Source of the DNA: a virus
DNA: 64,000 bases
IMG/VR virus record: IMGVR_UViG_3300028883_000992
Coordinates: 1 to 64,000 of that record
Strand: one strand, 5' to 3'
The translations under genes and the position numbers were made by a program. Positions 27,409 to 36,636 of the stretch are shown piece by piece (position 1 is the first letter of the stretch; each line of letters opens with the position of its first letter). A model generated the notes under the pieces. It was not told where the DNA came from and did no database searches. It saw only the letters and a list, made by a program, of their open reading frames with translations.

Positions 27409-27985
27409 ATTTCAAGTTATATTTTACAAGGGTGACTACAAAGATCGCCAAGAACAAGCAAACAGAGATGACTGTGACCTATATGTTGAACAGCATTTAA
27501 ATTCTGTAACCGACCCTACAATTGACTATGCCTGTGTAATTACACGCAAGGTTCCAAATACAACAGAAGAAGCATTAGCTAAAACATATTGTGAAATGAT
27601 TCATAATACGTTTGGTAATCAATGTCAAGGCGTTATTAAAGGTGGATTTAACGGCAGGGGGTCAAGAAATATAAGCACTTGCACAATGCCATCACTTCTA
27701 TTGGAACCTCTTTTTATTTCCAATAGACAACATGTAGACTGGCTAATGAATGGATTAGGCATACCTTTATTGGCAGTATGTTTAGCAGATACAATTAAAA
27801 CTTATTACAAATCAGGAACAATAGGATTTAGTGTGGGTCACAAATATAAAACTTCTAATCCAGATGATCGTGGAGCTAAAGTACCGGAATCATATTTGAT
27901 ACCATATTTAAATACATCAATTTATGAATCTGATATTTGTGAATCTATACTTCTCAAGGCAAAAAACATATTGGAGATGAAATGA
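27401..27985 (+). CDS. N-acetylmuramoyl-L-alanine amidase (Amidase_3), circularly permuted
   Basis: RQEQAN..YVEQHLNS..LLEPLFISN first, then IGFSVGH..DDRGA..ESD at the C-terminus. Confidence 0.75.
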   Translation: MDKFQVIFYKGDYKDRQEQANRDDCDLYVEQHLNSVTDPTIDYACVITRKVPNTTEEALAKTYCEMIHNTFGNQCQGVIKGGFNGRGSRNISTCTMPSLLLEPLFISNRQHVDWLMNGLGIPLLAVCLADTIKTYYKSGTIGFSVGHKYKTSNPDDRGAKVPESYLIPYLNTSIYESDICESILLKAKNILEMK

Positions 27986-28053
27986 TTTTAGGTGCTATTT
28001 TACTATTATTTATACTTATATTTTGGTTTATTTGGATTGCTGAAAATGATTGA
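27982..28053 (+). CDS. 23-aa single-TM peptide (MILGAILLLFILIFWFIWIAEND)
   Basis: ATGA overlap with the amidase stop; GGAG RBS. Confidence 0.5.
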   Translation: MILGAILLLFILIFWFIWIAEND

Positions 28054-28315
28054 ATCTTGGGACTATCTTGATAAGCATACATATTGGTATGTATTACTTA
28101 TATACAAAAATAGTAGTGTGTATAAGATATTCCTAAATAAAAACAGTATCAATATAAAAGGCAGTTATCTTGAACAACCAACACCATTAAATGATTTAAT
28201 TAACAGACTTATAAAGTTAGCTTTGATTGATAGCAAATTAATGTCATCATCTAATCTTGTAATACTCCAACAACTTAACGGAGATATAAATGGATTTTTC
28301 GGCAATCAACAATAG
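28046..28315 (+). CDS. Hypothetical protein (MIESWDY..)
   Basis: Internal ATG of ORF-track ORF 27992..28315, overlapping the end of the micro-ORF. Confidence 0.5.
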   Translation: MIESWDYLDKHTYWYVLLIYKNSSVYKIFLNKNSINIKGSYLEQPTPLNDLINRLIKLALIDSKLMSSSNLVILQQLNGDINGFFGNQQ

Positions 28316-29039
28316 CATAATTTATGCTTACAGGGGCAGTATAGCCCATAATCTATATATCCCACCTGAAGAACCTTTAGGTACAGACGATAAAGACTAC
28401 ATAGGAATATGTATTTCACCTATTAACTATTATACTGGACTTGATAAGTTTGATCAATATGAATATCAAGAAAACGGTGACGATATTATAGTTTATGACA
28501 TTAAAAAAGCATTTAGACTTTTGCTAAACAGTAACCCCAATATATTGTCTATTCTTTGGAACAGACCTGATATGTATATACGCATAGAACCTTTAGGGCA
28601 GAAAATTATTGATAATCGTCATATATTTGCATCCAAAAAAATATATAAGACATTTGTTGGATATGCTCTATCCCAACTAAAGAGGATGAACAAGTCACAA
28701 TATAAGGGTTATATGGGATCAAAAAAAAAGGAATTAGTTGATAAATACGGATTTGATGTAAAAATGGCAAGTCACACAATAAGACTATTAAAATGTGGTA
28801 TAGAATTTTTAGAAACAGGTGAATTTGAAGTTTATCGTAAAAAAGATCGTGAAGAACTTATAGCTATCAAACAAGGTAAATGGAGTTTTGAGGACATAAA
28901 CTTATATGTTAATAATCTTATGTATGATATTGATAGTGCATATAAGCACAGTCAACTACCGCCTCAACCAAACTACAATACTGCAAATGAACTCCTGATG
29001 GACGTACTTGCAGAATACTTTAGAATAGGAGAATTATGA
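28290..29039 (+). CDS. RlaP-like DNA polymerase beta superfamily nucleotidyltransferase
   Basis: RGSIAH..DDKDY.G, NPNIL, FVGYA..QL, DVKMASHTIRLL. Confidence 0.82.
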   Translation: MDFSAINNSIIYAYRGSIAHNLYIPPEEPLGTDDKDYIGICISPINYYTGLDKFDQYEYQENGDDIIVYDIKKAFRLLLNSNPNILSILWNRPDMYIRIEPLGQKIIDNRHIFASKKIYKTFVGYALSQLKRMNKSQYKGYMGSKKKELVDKYGFDVKMASHTIRLLKCGIEFLETGEFEVYRKKDREELIAIKQGKWSFEDINLYVNNLMYDIDSAYKHSQLPPQPNYNTANELLMDVLAEYFRIGEL

Positions 29040-30004
29040 ATATAGAAGAACAAATTAAAAAGATTGAAAAGCAGTATGGCCCTAATTCAATAATGAAATT
29101 AGGTGAAAACAATATAATTTCCATACCACGTATAAAAACAGGAATTATGTCTGTAGACACCTTAATAGGTGGTGGATTACCAAAAGGTCGTATAGTGGAG
29201 CTATATGGCGATCCTAGTTGTGGGAAGACCAGTCTAGCATTACAAACTATAGCATCAGCACAACAAGAAGGTATAGCATGTGTCTATATAGATGCTGAAC
29301 ACGCCTTAGACCTTTCATATATATCAAAATTAGGTGTTGATGTAGATGAACTTTATCTGTCTCAACCTGACTACGGTGAACAAGCATTAAATATAGCATA
29401 TCAAATGGCAGACGTAGAAGAAGTTGGATTAATAGTTATAGATTCTGTCTCAGCATTAGTGCCAAAAGCCGTATATGATGGTGAAATAGGTGATCAAAAT
29501 GTGGGCAACCTACCGCGTTTAATGTCAGGTTCACTTAATAAATTTAGTAGTAAATTATCAAAAACAGAAACAACACTTATTTTTATAAATCAGTTAAGAC
29601 AAAAGATAGGTGTAATGTATGGAAATCCAAACATAACTTCTGGAGGAAATGCTCTAAGATTTTATGCGTCACTACGACTACAACTAGTGCCACTGAAATC
29701 TCAGAAAATTGCAAATAGTGAAGGTACGGTTGGCAATAGAGTAAAAATTAAAGTTGAAAAAAGTAAGGTATGTAATCCATTCCAAGAGACAGAATGTTCA
29801 TTGGTATACGGCATAGGATTTGATAAGGAACGTGACCTAATTGAATATGCTGTAAAAATAGGTGTTGTAGAAAAAAGTGGAGCATGGATCAATTTTGGCG
29901 AAGAAAAATATCAGGGTTTAGACAATTTTATAGAAACAGTAAGAGAAAACAAGGACATGTTTAACAATATAAAAGAAATGGTTGATGATATACAAAGTAG
30001 GTAA
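29036..30004 (+). CDS. recA: RecA recombinase
   Basis: GGLPKGRIVELYG..GKT, IDAEHALD, SQPDYGEQAL, FINQLR, SGGNALRFYAS. Confidence 0.96.
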   Translation: MNIEEQIKKIEKQYGPNSIMKLGENNIISIPRIKTGIMSVDTLIGGGLPKGRIVELYGDPSCGKTSLALQTIASAQQEGIACVYIDAEHALDLSYISKLGVDVDELYLSQPDYGEQALNIAYQMADVEEVGLIVIDSVSALVPKAVYDGEIGDQNVGNLPRLMSGSLNKFSSKLSKTETTLIFINQLRQKIGVMYGNPNITSGGNALRFYASLRLQLVPLKSQKIANSEGTVGNRVKIKVEKSKVCNPFQETECSLVYGIGFDKERDLIEYAVKIGVVEKSGAWINFGEEKYQGLDNFIETVRENKDMFNNIKEMVDDIQSR

Positions 30005-30446
30005 CATATTAGAACATATGGATGATGCTGATGTGATATTGGTTACTACCAATTCTTATATAAATAGAAATCGTCAACTAGTTATGGGGCGTGGATTTGC
30101 ATCATGTATGGCATCCAAGTTCCCTGAAATCAAAGAAATAGCAGGAGAAAGAATTGGACACTTATCACGATACGGGGTAATAAACATACCTAAAATAATA
30201 TGTTCTGTTAATGCATCTCGTATTGACATTGCACTTTTTCAGGTTAAATATCATTTTAAAGACAATGCTGATCTTGATTTAGTTAAGTTCTCAACTATGA
30301 TGTTACGCATATGGGCATATATAGAAAAAGACAAGGAGTTTTTCTTAAATTATCCCGGCATAGGACAGGGAAAATTAGATAAAAGTCTGGTAGAACCTAT
30401 AGTAAGTAAATTACCTGATAATGTAACCATATGGGAGGTTAAATGA
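29982..30446 (+). CDS. Macro domain (ADP-ribose processing) protein
   Basis: GNI..VTTN..VMGRGFA..FQVKYHF..PGIGQG.L. Confidence 0.8.
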   Translation: MMIYKVGNILEHMDDADVILVTTNSYINRNRQLVMGRGFASCMASKFPEIKEIAGERIGHLSRYGVINIPKIICSVNASRIDIALFQVKYHFKDNADLDLVKFSTMMLRIWAYIEKDKEFFLNYPGIGQGKLDKSLVEPIVSKLPDNVTIWEVK

Positions 30447-30640
30447 AAGTAATATATTTACACATATGGTTAAACAATATTTTACGTTTTTTCAAACTAC
30501 ACAAGCATAGCTATAGAACCGTATATAGTTCTCCATTATTTTTAATTAATAAATGTACTTGTGGTCATTTAAAATTTGTTTTAAGAAAAGACTTGATAGA
30601 ATCGGTAGAAGATTGCAAAAAATATATTAAAAACCTATGA
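30443..30640 (+). CDS. Hypothetical protein
   Basis: ATGA coupling at both ends. Confidence 0.55.
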   Translation: MKVIYLHIWLNNILRFFKLHKHSYRTVYSSPLFLINKCTCGHLKFVLRKDLIESVEDCKKYIKNL

Positions 30641-33426
30641 TACACCTACATTTACATACACATTATAGTGCTCTTGACGGATTTCTGACCGTACCTCAGT
30701 TAGTATCTGCGGTCAAGAAATTAGGTATGTCTGCTGTTGCTGTTACAGAGCATGGAAATATAAACTCATGGATAGAGTTCCAAATTGAATGTACAAAACA
30801 AGGTATTAAGCCTATATTTGGTATAGAAGCATATGTAACAACAGATGAATCTAATAAAACCAATTACCACATCACGCTACTTGCAAAAAATAACGAGGGG
30901 CTTAGAGAAATAATTAAGCTCCATAATACTGCCCATCTTAACGAGCAAAAATATAGGGCACATAGAATTTACTATGATCAGATATTAGAATGTTCTAATA
31001 TTATCGTATTGTCAGGATGCTTAAACTCGTACATAAACAGAATGGCATTAGCTGATCAAAAAGAAAAATGTAAGGAATGGATATATAAGTTCCAAAATCA
31101 TTTTGGATCAGATTTCTATATAGAAATACAAGACCTCAATATAGAAGAACTTGATATAGCAAGAGAACGAATACTTAAATGGTTTCCTAATGTCCAAACT
31201 GTAATTACCAATGATGTACATTATGAAAATAGAAGTGATGCCGACTCACAGCATACATTATATTGTGCACATATTCACAAAAAAGAGGATGAATTTAAAA
31301 AACATCCACCTGAAATGTATATTAAAACCGACATAGAAGGATACGACACAAGTTCTACATATGAAATAGCAGACAAATGCAATGCATCAATAGAACCTTT
31401 TACTAACACTATTCCTAACTTCACAGAAGTAACTTGGATTCCTGAACGTATTATTGACAAACAACAATGCAGAAAAGAATACACTGTTATTAAAAAAGCG
31501 GGATATTGGCCTTATCTATGTATAGTTGCTGATTACGTAAAATGGGCTAAAGAACATAATATAATGGTTGGGTATTCAAGAGGTTCAGCAGGTGGATCAT
31601 TATTAGCTTACGCAATGGGGATACATGATATTGATCCTATTAAATATGATTTATATTTCTCTCGTTTTTTTAATGAAGGACGCATAGACTCAATGCCTGA
31701 CATTGATACTGATTTTCCTAAAAATGGAATAGCTCAAGTTAAAGATTATATTAAAAGCAAGTATCACCTAGTTGGATTAGGTACATACGGAACTATGGAC
31801 GTTAAAAATGCTATTAAAATGGTATGTAGAACAACTGGCGTACCACCTAATGAAGCAAATGAACTCACTAAAAGATATGGGGACGGATTAGATGTTGATT
31901 ATAACCTACTTCCTGAAAATCACGCAAAGGCATTAAAACTGTCTGATCAATACAAAGGTTTACTAAATGCATATGGTCAACATGCTTCTGGATATATTCT
32001 AAGTCATATAAATCTTGAAGAAGAAGTGCCTGTAAGATACTCACGTACAGGTGATTTACAGACATGTTGGAATATGGATCATATGGAATGGTTGGGATTT
32101 GTCAAGTTTGACCTTTTAAAACTTACAACATTAGACATTATACATGAAACATTAGAAAACATAGGTATCCAAAGAGATGATATTCCTATTGACGATAAAC
32201 CTACATATGATCTAATTTCAACAGGAAAAACATTTGGGCTATTCCAAATAAGCGGATCAGATGGTATAGCAAACCTATGCAAGCAAATTCAACCTAAAAA
32301 CATTGAAGATATTGGTATTATTATATCACTATATAGACCCGGACCAATGGAAAATAATTTTCATACACAATATATAGACAGGAAGAACGGTGCACCCGTA
32401 GAATACCTGCATCCATTCTTAGAGCCACTCCTACAAGATACATATGGAGTCATGATATACCAAGAACAAGTTATTAAAGTTTGTATGGCAGTAGGATTTT
32501 CAGATACAGAAGCAGATACTATTAGAAAAATAATGGGAAAAAAGAAGCCTGAGTTGCTTACAGATGTAGAGCCTCAATTCATAGAAAAGTGCAGTAAAAT
32601 AACGGGTGAAAAAATCGCCAAAATACTATGGGAACAATTAACAAAATATAGTCATTATAACTTTAATAAAGCTCACGCTATAGGATATGCATATTTAGCT
32701 TATATTACAGCATATTTAAAATGTCATTACCCACTACAGTTTTATACTGCCATATTAAATCAGGAAACAAAATTAGTAGCCATACAGGAATGTATTAACG
32801 ACATACAGGGTTTTAAGATATTGCCACCGCGTTACGGAAAAAGTGAATATAATTTTAAGGTAGAAGGTTCTAATATAAGATACGGAATTAAAGCACTATA
32901 TGGTATTGGCGAAAAAGAGATGGAAAGAATTAATGATCCCAATTTCTTTAAACAAGGAAGTGTGGTTGCTGAACAACTTATTAAAGCAGGATTTTATGAC
33001 ACTATAAGTACCAACAGAAAGTCCTTAATTTCTCAACAAAAACGCAGAAATCCAGAACTATTACTAATAGAACCATCAGATTTTACAAAGCAAGAAAAAG
33101 AGCAGTTTGAGTTTGATTTACTTCGTGTATACCTTGACAAGAATCCACTAAGTAGACTTGTAAAAGAATCAGTTTATACTGGAAATAACTACCAAATAGG
33201 CAACAGAATTCCTGTTATTATCCAAAAAGTAGAGAATAAAACAAGTAAGAAGGGAAATAAATTTGCAAAGATACATACCATCAATATAAATAACAAAACT
33301 GATACCTTTTTTCTATGGGGAAAATCATATGAGAAATTTATTTTAAAAGAAGGTTGTTATTATATTATAACACTTGACAAAACAGAAGATACTTTTTATA
33401 TTACTAATGTACAGGAGCTAAAATAA
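30637..33426 (+). CDS. dnaE: DNA polymerase III alpha subunit (family C), compact
   Basis: PHP domain HLHTHYSALDG, RGSAGGSL, PDIDTDF, KFDLL, YQEQV, FNKAHA. Confidence 0.96.
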   Translation: MIHLHLHTHYSALDGFLTVPQLVSAVKKLGMSAVAVTEHGNINSWIEFQIECTKQGIKPIFGIEAYVTTDESNKTNYHITLLAKNNEGLREIIKLHNTAHLNEQKYRAHRIYYDQILECSNIIVLSGCLNSYINRMALADQKEKCKEWIYKFQNHFGSDFYIEIQDLNIEELDIARERILKWFPNVQTVITNDVHYENRSDADSQHTLYCAHIHKKEDEFKKHPPEMYIKTDIEGYDTSSTYEIADKCNASIEPFTNTIPNFTEVTWIPERIIDKQQCRKEYTVIKKAGYWPYLCIVADYVKWAKEHNIMVGYSRGSAGGSLLAYAMGIHDIDPIKYDLYFSRFFNEGRIDSMPDIDTDFPKNGIAQVKDYIKSKYHLVGLGTYGTMDVKNAIKMVCRTTGVPPNEANELTKRYGDGLDVDYNLLPENHAKALKLSDQYKGLLNAYGQHASGYILSHINLEEEVPVRYSRTGDLQTCWNMDHMEWLGFVKFDLLKLTTLDIIHETLENIGIQRDDIPIDDKPTYDLISTGKTFGLFQISGSDGIANLCKQIQPKNIEDIGIIISLYRPGPMENNFHTQYIDRKNGAPVEYLHPFLEPLLQDTYGVMIYQEQVIKVCMAVGFSDTEADTIRKIMGKKKPELLTDVEPQFIEKCSKITGEKIAKILWEQLTKYSHYNFNKAHAIGYAYLAYITAYLKCHYPLQFYTAILNQETKLVAIQECINDIQGFKILPPRYGKSEYNFKVEGSNIRYGIKALYGIGEKEMERINDPNFFKQGSVVAEQLIKAGFYDTISTNRKSLISQQKRRNPELLLIEPSDFTKQEKEQFEFDLLRVYLDKNPLSRLVKESVYTGNNYQIGNRIPVIIQKVENKTSKKGNKFAKIHTININNKTDTFFLWGKSYEKFILKEGCYYIITLDKTEDTFYITNVQELK

Positions 33427-33467
33427 TGTATGTTTACATACAGAACTTAATTTTTAGGTGGTAAATA

Positions 33468-33710
33468 ATGAATATAGAAAAAATAAATAATAAACTAAAG
33501 CCATGTCCGTTTTGCAGAGTTACCATAGAATCATTAAATGAACATATGGAACGCAATGGAACAAAATGGGAGCATTATAGACCACAGATATTTTTTGATA
33601 ACTTCGTTTCCAAATCATGGGTTATCTATTGTAATAACTGTGGCATAACTTTGATAACAGGATGTGAAGATATTAATGAAGCTATAATAACTTGGAATAA
33701 CAGAGGTTAA
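33468..33710 (+). CDS. Lar-like restriction alleviation zinc-finger protein
   Basis: LKPCPFC..CNNCG..EAIITWNNR. Confidence 0.75.
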   Translation: MNIEKINNKLKPCPFCRVTIESLNEHMERNGTKWEHYRPQIFFDNFVSKSWVIYCNNCGITLITGCEDINEAIITWNNRG

Positions 33711-33711
33711 T

Positions 33712-34203
33712 ATGAATATAACATCAGACTATGACGAAGAATCAGATGTGCTATATATTTCTATAGGGAAACCTCAGCCTTCTATATGCACAGAACCACA
33801 AGAAGGTATATTACTGGGATGGTCTGAAAAAGATATGCACCTATGTGGAATCACTATACTAAACTACAGCAGACAAAATATACCAGTAGATAATAATCCT
33901 ATGAAAACATTAAATTTTCAAATAGGCTCTAATCCTATTGATGGATACGAACTTATAGAAGTAATAAAGGTCCAATTAGTATACAATAAAAGTTCTGTTA
34001 TAGCAACATTAGTTGAATGTGGAATATCAGAATCAGATGAAAATGATTACATGGCAATATGTAATTTATTTGATATGTGTAAATACCTATTAGATGAACC
34101 ATCAGATACTAAATACGGTAACACATTAGGAAAACAAGTTAAATACTTACACGATAAGTTTAAAAAAATCCCAATAATTACAGCAGGAAGAATAAATGTT
34201 TAG
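33712..34203 (+). CDS. DUF2283-like N-terminal domain plus possible HicB-like C-terminal domain
   Basis: YDEESDVLYISI..GILL..GITILNYS. Confidence 0.6.
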   Translation: MNITSDYDEESDVLYISIGKPQPSICTEPQEGILLGWSEKDMHLCGITILNYSRQNIPVDNNPMKTLNFQIGSNPIDGYELIEVIKVQLVYNKSSVIATLVECGISESDENDYMAICNLFDMCKYLLDEPSDTKYGNTLGKQVKYLHDKFKKIPIITAGRINV

Positions 34204-34230
34204 AGCAGACAATACAAGACGACTTAAAAT

Positions 34231-35193
34231 ATGAAACAAGACATACTCAACTATCTTACACATATATATCATCAACATCTACTTAACAGTAAGGATGCTG
34301 CCAATTACTTAAAAGAACGCGGTATTAAAAAATCTGCGAAGAGATTCAAGTTGGGATACTGTACTGGGAATATAGGGTATCAGACGTTACTTAGAACATA
34401 TACAGAGAACCAGTTAAAAGATACAGGTTTTTTCAAATGGAATAAAGACCCTTTTAATTATCGTATTATATTCCCATTAATTAAAGGTGTAGACACATTA
34501 TATTTTACATCACGAACAATAGGCGACAAAGAACCTAAACATAAACATCTTACAGGACCAATACCTGTGCCATTTAACTACAATACCATTCATAATGATA
34601 ATATTATAATAGTTGAAAGTCCTATAGACGCTATAACATTAGAACAAGCAGGTTATTATGCAATGGCTTCATTGGGATTGTCAATTAAATCTCATACTGC
34701 CATTGAATTACAGGGAAAAAATATCTTTATTTTGTATGATTACGATTTACATAATGCAGGTCAAGAACGTGCAATAGATTTAGCTGACCTACTTTACAGG
34801 AATAAAGGTAAAGCACATATTTGTCAATGGCCTAAGAACAATAGAAAAATGGATGTCAACTGGCTTTACCTAAAAGACAAAAAGAAATTTCAAAATAATA
34901 TAAATATATTACTTAATAACTCTATAAGATTTGAAGAACATCCTGCCTTTGAAGAAAAAAGAAAGGAAAAAATATGGACACCTGCACAAAGGGGAAATTT
35001 CCGTGAATTAGTAAAAAAATATGGATGGAAGATATTCGGAAATAACCTTGTTAGAATACCCTGTCCATTCCATAATGATTCAACACCATCATTAACCATC
35101 TATCTTAATACTAATAGCTCATATTGTTTCGGTAAATGTAAAAAAAGTTATAGTGCGATAGAAATAGATCACGCATTACAAGGGAAAATATGA
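34231..35193 (+). CDS. dnaG: DnaG-type primase (Toprim) with C-terminal CHC2 zinc finger
   Basis: YLKERGI..FKLGY, RIIFP, IVESPIDA, YDYD..GQ, DVN; CPFH..CFGKC at the C-terminus. Confidence 0.85.
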   Translation: MKQDILNYLTHIYHQHLLNSKDAANYLKERGIKKSAKRFKLGYCTGNIGYQTLLRTYTENQLKDTGFFKWNKDPFNYRIIFPLIKGVDTLYFTSRTIGDKEPKHKHLTGPIPVPFNYNTIHNDNIIIVESPIDAITLEQAGYYAMASLGLSIKSHTAIELQGKNIFILYDYDLHNAGQERAIDLADLLYRNKGKAHICQWPKNNRKMDVNWLYLKDKKKFQNNINILLNNSIRFEEHPAFEEKRKEKIWTPAQRGNFRELVKKYGWKIFGNNLVRIPCPFHNDSTPSLTIYLNTNSSYCFGKCKKSYSAIEIDHALQGKI

Positions 35194-35900
35194 TTTACTA
35201 CAAGTTTCTAAAGGAAGACAGACGAGCATCATTTGTGAATGGCTTCCAATGGCCTAAACCACCAAACAAACCCGATCCTGTTATTGGTAATTTGGTGGTG
35301 TGTAAAAACGGATACCACTTATGCCGTATAGAGGACTTGCCCCATTGGTTGAATCAGGAACTTTGGATCGTTGGCTGTGATGAAACGGAGTTAATAGAAT
35401 CAAATAATAAGGTGGTTGTTCGCCACGCATGGCTTGAAAAGCAGGTAGACACATGGAACGAAAAAACTGCACGACTCTTTGCTGCCGACTGTGCCGAACA
35501 CGTGCTGCATTTATTTGAAAGTAGATATCCAGACGATAAACGGCCACGTAATGTAATTGGGGCTACAAGAGATTATGCACATGGTCGCATATCACACGAT
35601 GATATGATTGCCGTATGGACTGCCTCAAAAAATGCCGCAGGACGTGCCGAAGATGCCGAAGATACCGCAAAGATCGCCGCATTTGCAGCAGCCGCAGCCG
35701 CATTGGATACCTCATGTGCTGCTGCAAAAGCAGCCGCATGGACTGCCTCAAGGGCTGCCGCATGGGATGCATCAGGTGCAGCATGGGATGCATCAGGTGT
35801 AGCATGGGGGGCTGAATCTGACGCATGGGATGCTGCATGGGATGCCGAACGGCAGTGGCAGACACAGCAATTACTCAAGTACATAAACAATGAAATATAA
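35190..35900 (+). CDS. CxxGYH domain plus Imm5-like domain with Ala/Trp-rich repeats
   Basis: CKNGYHLC; FAADCAEHVLHLFE..DDKRPR; AAWDA repeats; ERQWQ. Confidence 0.7.
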   Translation: MIYYKFLKEDRRASFVNGFQWPKPPNKPDPVIGNLVVCKNGYHLCRIEDLPHWLNQELWIVGCDETELIESNNKVVVRHAWLEKQVDTWNEKTARLFAADCAEHVLHLFESRYPDDKRPRNVIGATRDYAHGRISHDDMIAVWTASKNAAGRAEDAEDTAKIAAFAAAAAALDTSCAAAKAAAWTASRAAAWDASGAAWDASGVAWGAESDAWDAAWDAERQWQTQQLLKYINNEI

Positions 35901-35915
35901 ACAACAGGAGAGGTT

Positions 35916-36278
35916 ATGCATATAATTATTCGTAAAACAACTATTGCTAAATGGGCAGACGACAAGGATTCTACGATGAAGTTTCTACATTTTACTAAAA
36001 AGCCATTTAGCCCATCATTCAAAAGCTGTTTAAATGCAGCATTAGAATACAATATTGGACAAAATGATTGGATGTGGTTTTGTAAAAACATGGAAAATCA
36101 CTACGAAAACTGGATAGTCAAAAAGTTTAAATGGCAGGAAACATTTAGAAAATATGTGAAAAACAGTAAAAAAATTACAGATGAATATTCGTTAATTGAA
36201 AAGGATACAACAGCATTTTACGCTGTTTGCTTCTGGAAAACATATAGAGACTTCTTTCATTATAGTGAGGGAAGATAA
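35916..36278 (+). CDS. Hypothetical protein
   Basis: AGGAG RBS. Confidence 0.6.
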   Translation: MHIIIRKTTIAKWADDKDSTMKFLHFTKKPFSPSFKSCLNAALEYNIGQNDWMWFCKNMENHYENWIVKKFKWQETFRKYVKNSKKITDEYSLIEKDTTAFYAVCFWKTYRDFFHYSEGR

Positions 36279-36556
36279 TGTTTGAAATTAACAGATATTA
36301 TTGGTTTATTAACCACAACAAAATGCAAGTCTGTAGAGATCAAATAATTGGGACAGGATCAACAATCAACTTTGAAAATTTGGATAAGAGTAAAACATTT
36401 TACAACTTTTTAAGTTGTTTTTATGTACCATCTCAACATATATTTCATAGAAAAAAGGAGGCAGAAAAAGCATTAATACAATATGTTAAAAATCGGGAGA
36501 ATAAAAAGGAATTTGTTGAAATATATAAAAATAATATAAAATCCATAGGGGGTTAA
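36278..36556 (+). CDS. Hypothetical protein
   Basis: TAATG coupling. Confidence 0.6.
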   Translation: MFEINRYYWFINHNKMQVCRDQIIGTGSTINFENLDKSKTFYNFLSCFYVPSQHIFHRKKEAEKALIQYVKNRENKKEFVEIYKNNIKSIGG

Positions 36557-36612
36557 TAACATTTAACAAGAGGTAACACTTTGATCTAACGGTTGATTAA
36601 ACTCTCTCTATC

Positions 36613-36636
36613 GGGTGACTATTTATTTAGTCACCC
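36613..36636 (+). terminator. 9-bp hairpin GGGTGACTA-N6-TAGTCACCC
   Basis: Perfect inverted repeat in an intergenic gap. Confidence 0.45.

Noticed and set aside
26083-29039. CBASS-like system (patatin plus nucleotidyltransferase)
   Set aside because: The NTase motifs fit the RlaP family rather than CD-NTases, and the genes are separated by several unrelated ORFs.
30637-33426. Inteins or introns in dnaE (also checked dnaB, recA, rtcB)
   Set aside because: Lengths are normal or short and no splicing motifs or ORF interruptions were seen.
35281-36091. Several overlapping alternate-frame and antisense ORFs
   Set aside because: By-products of the GC-rich Ala-codon repeat region of 35190..35900.
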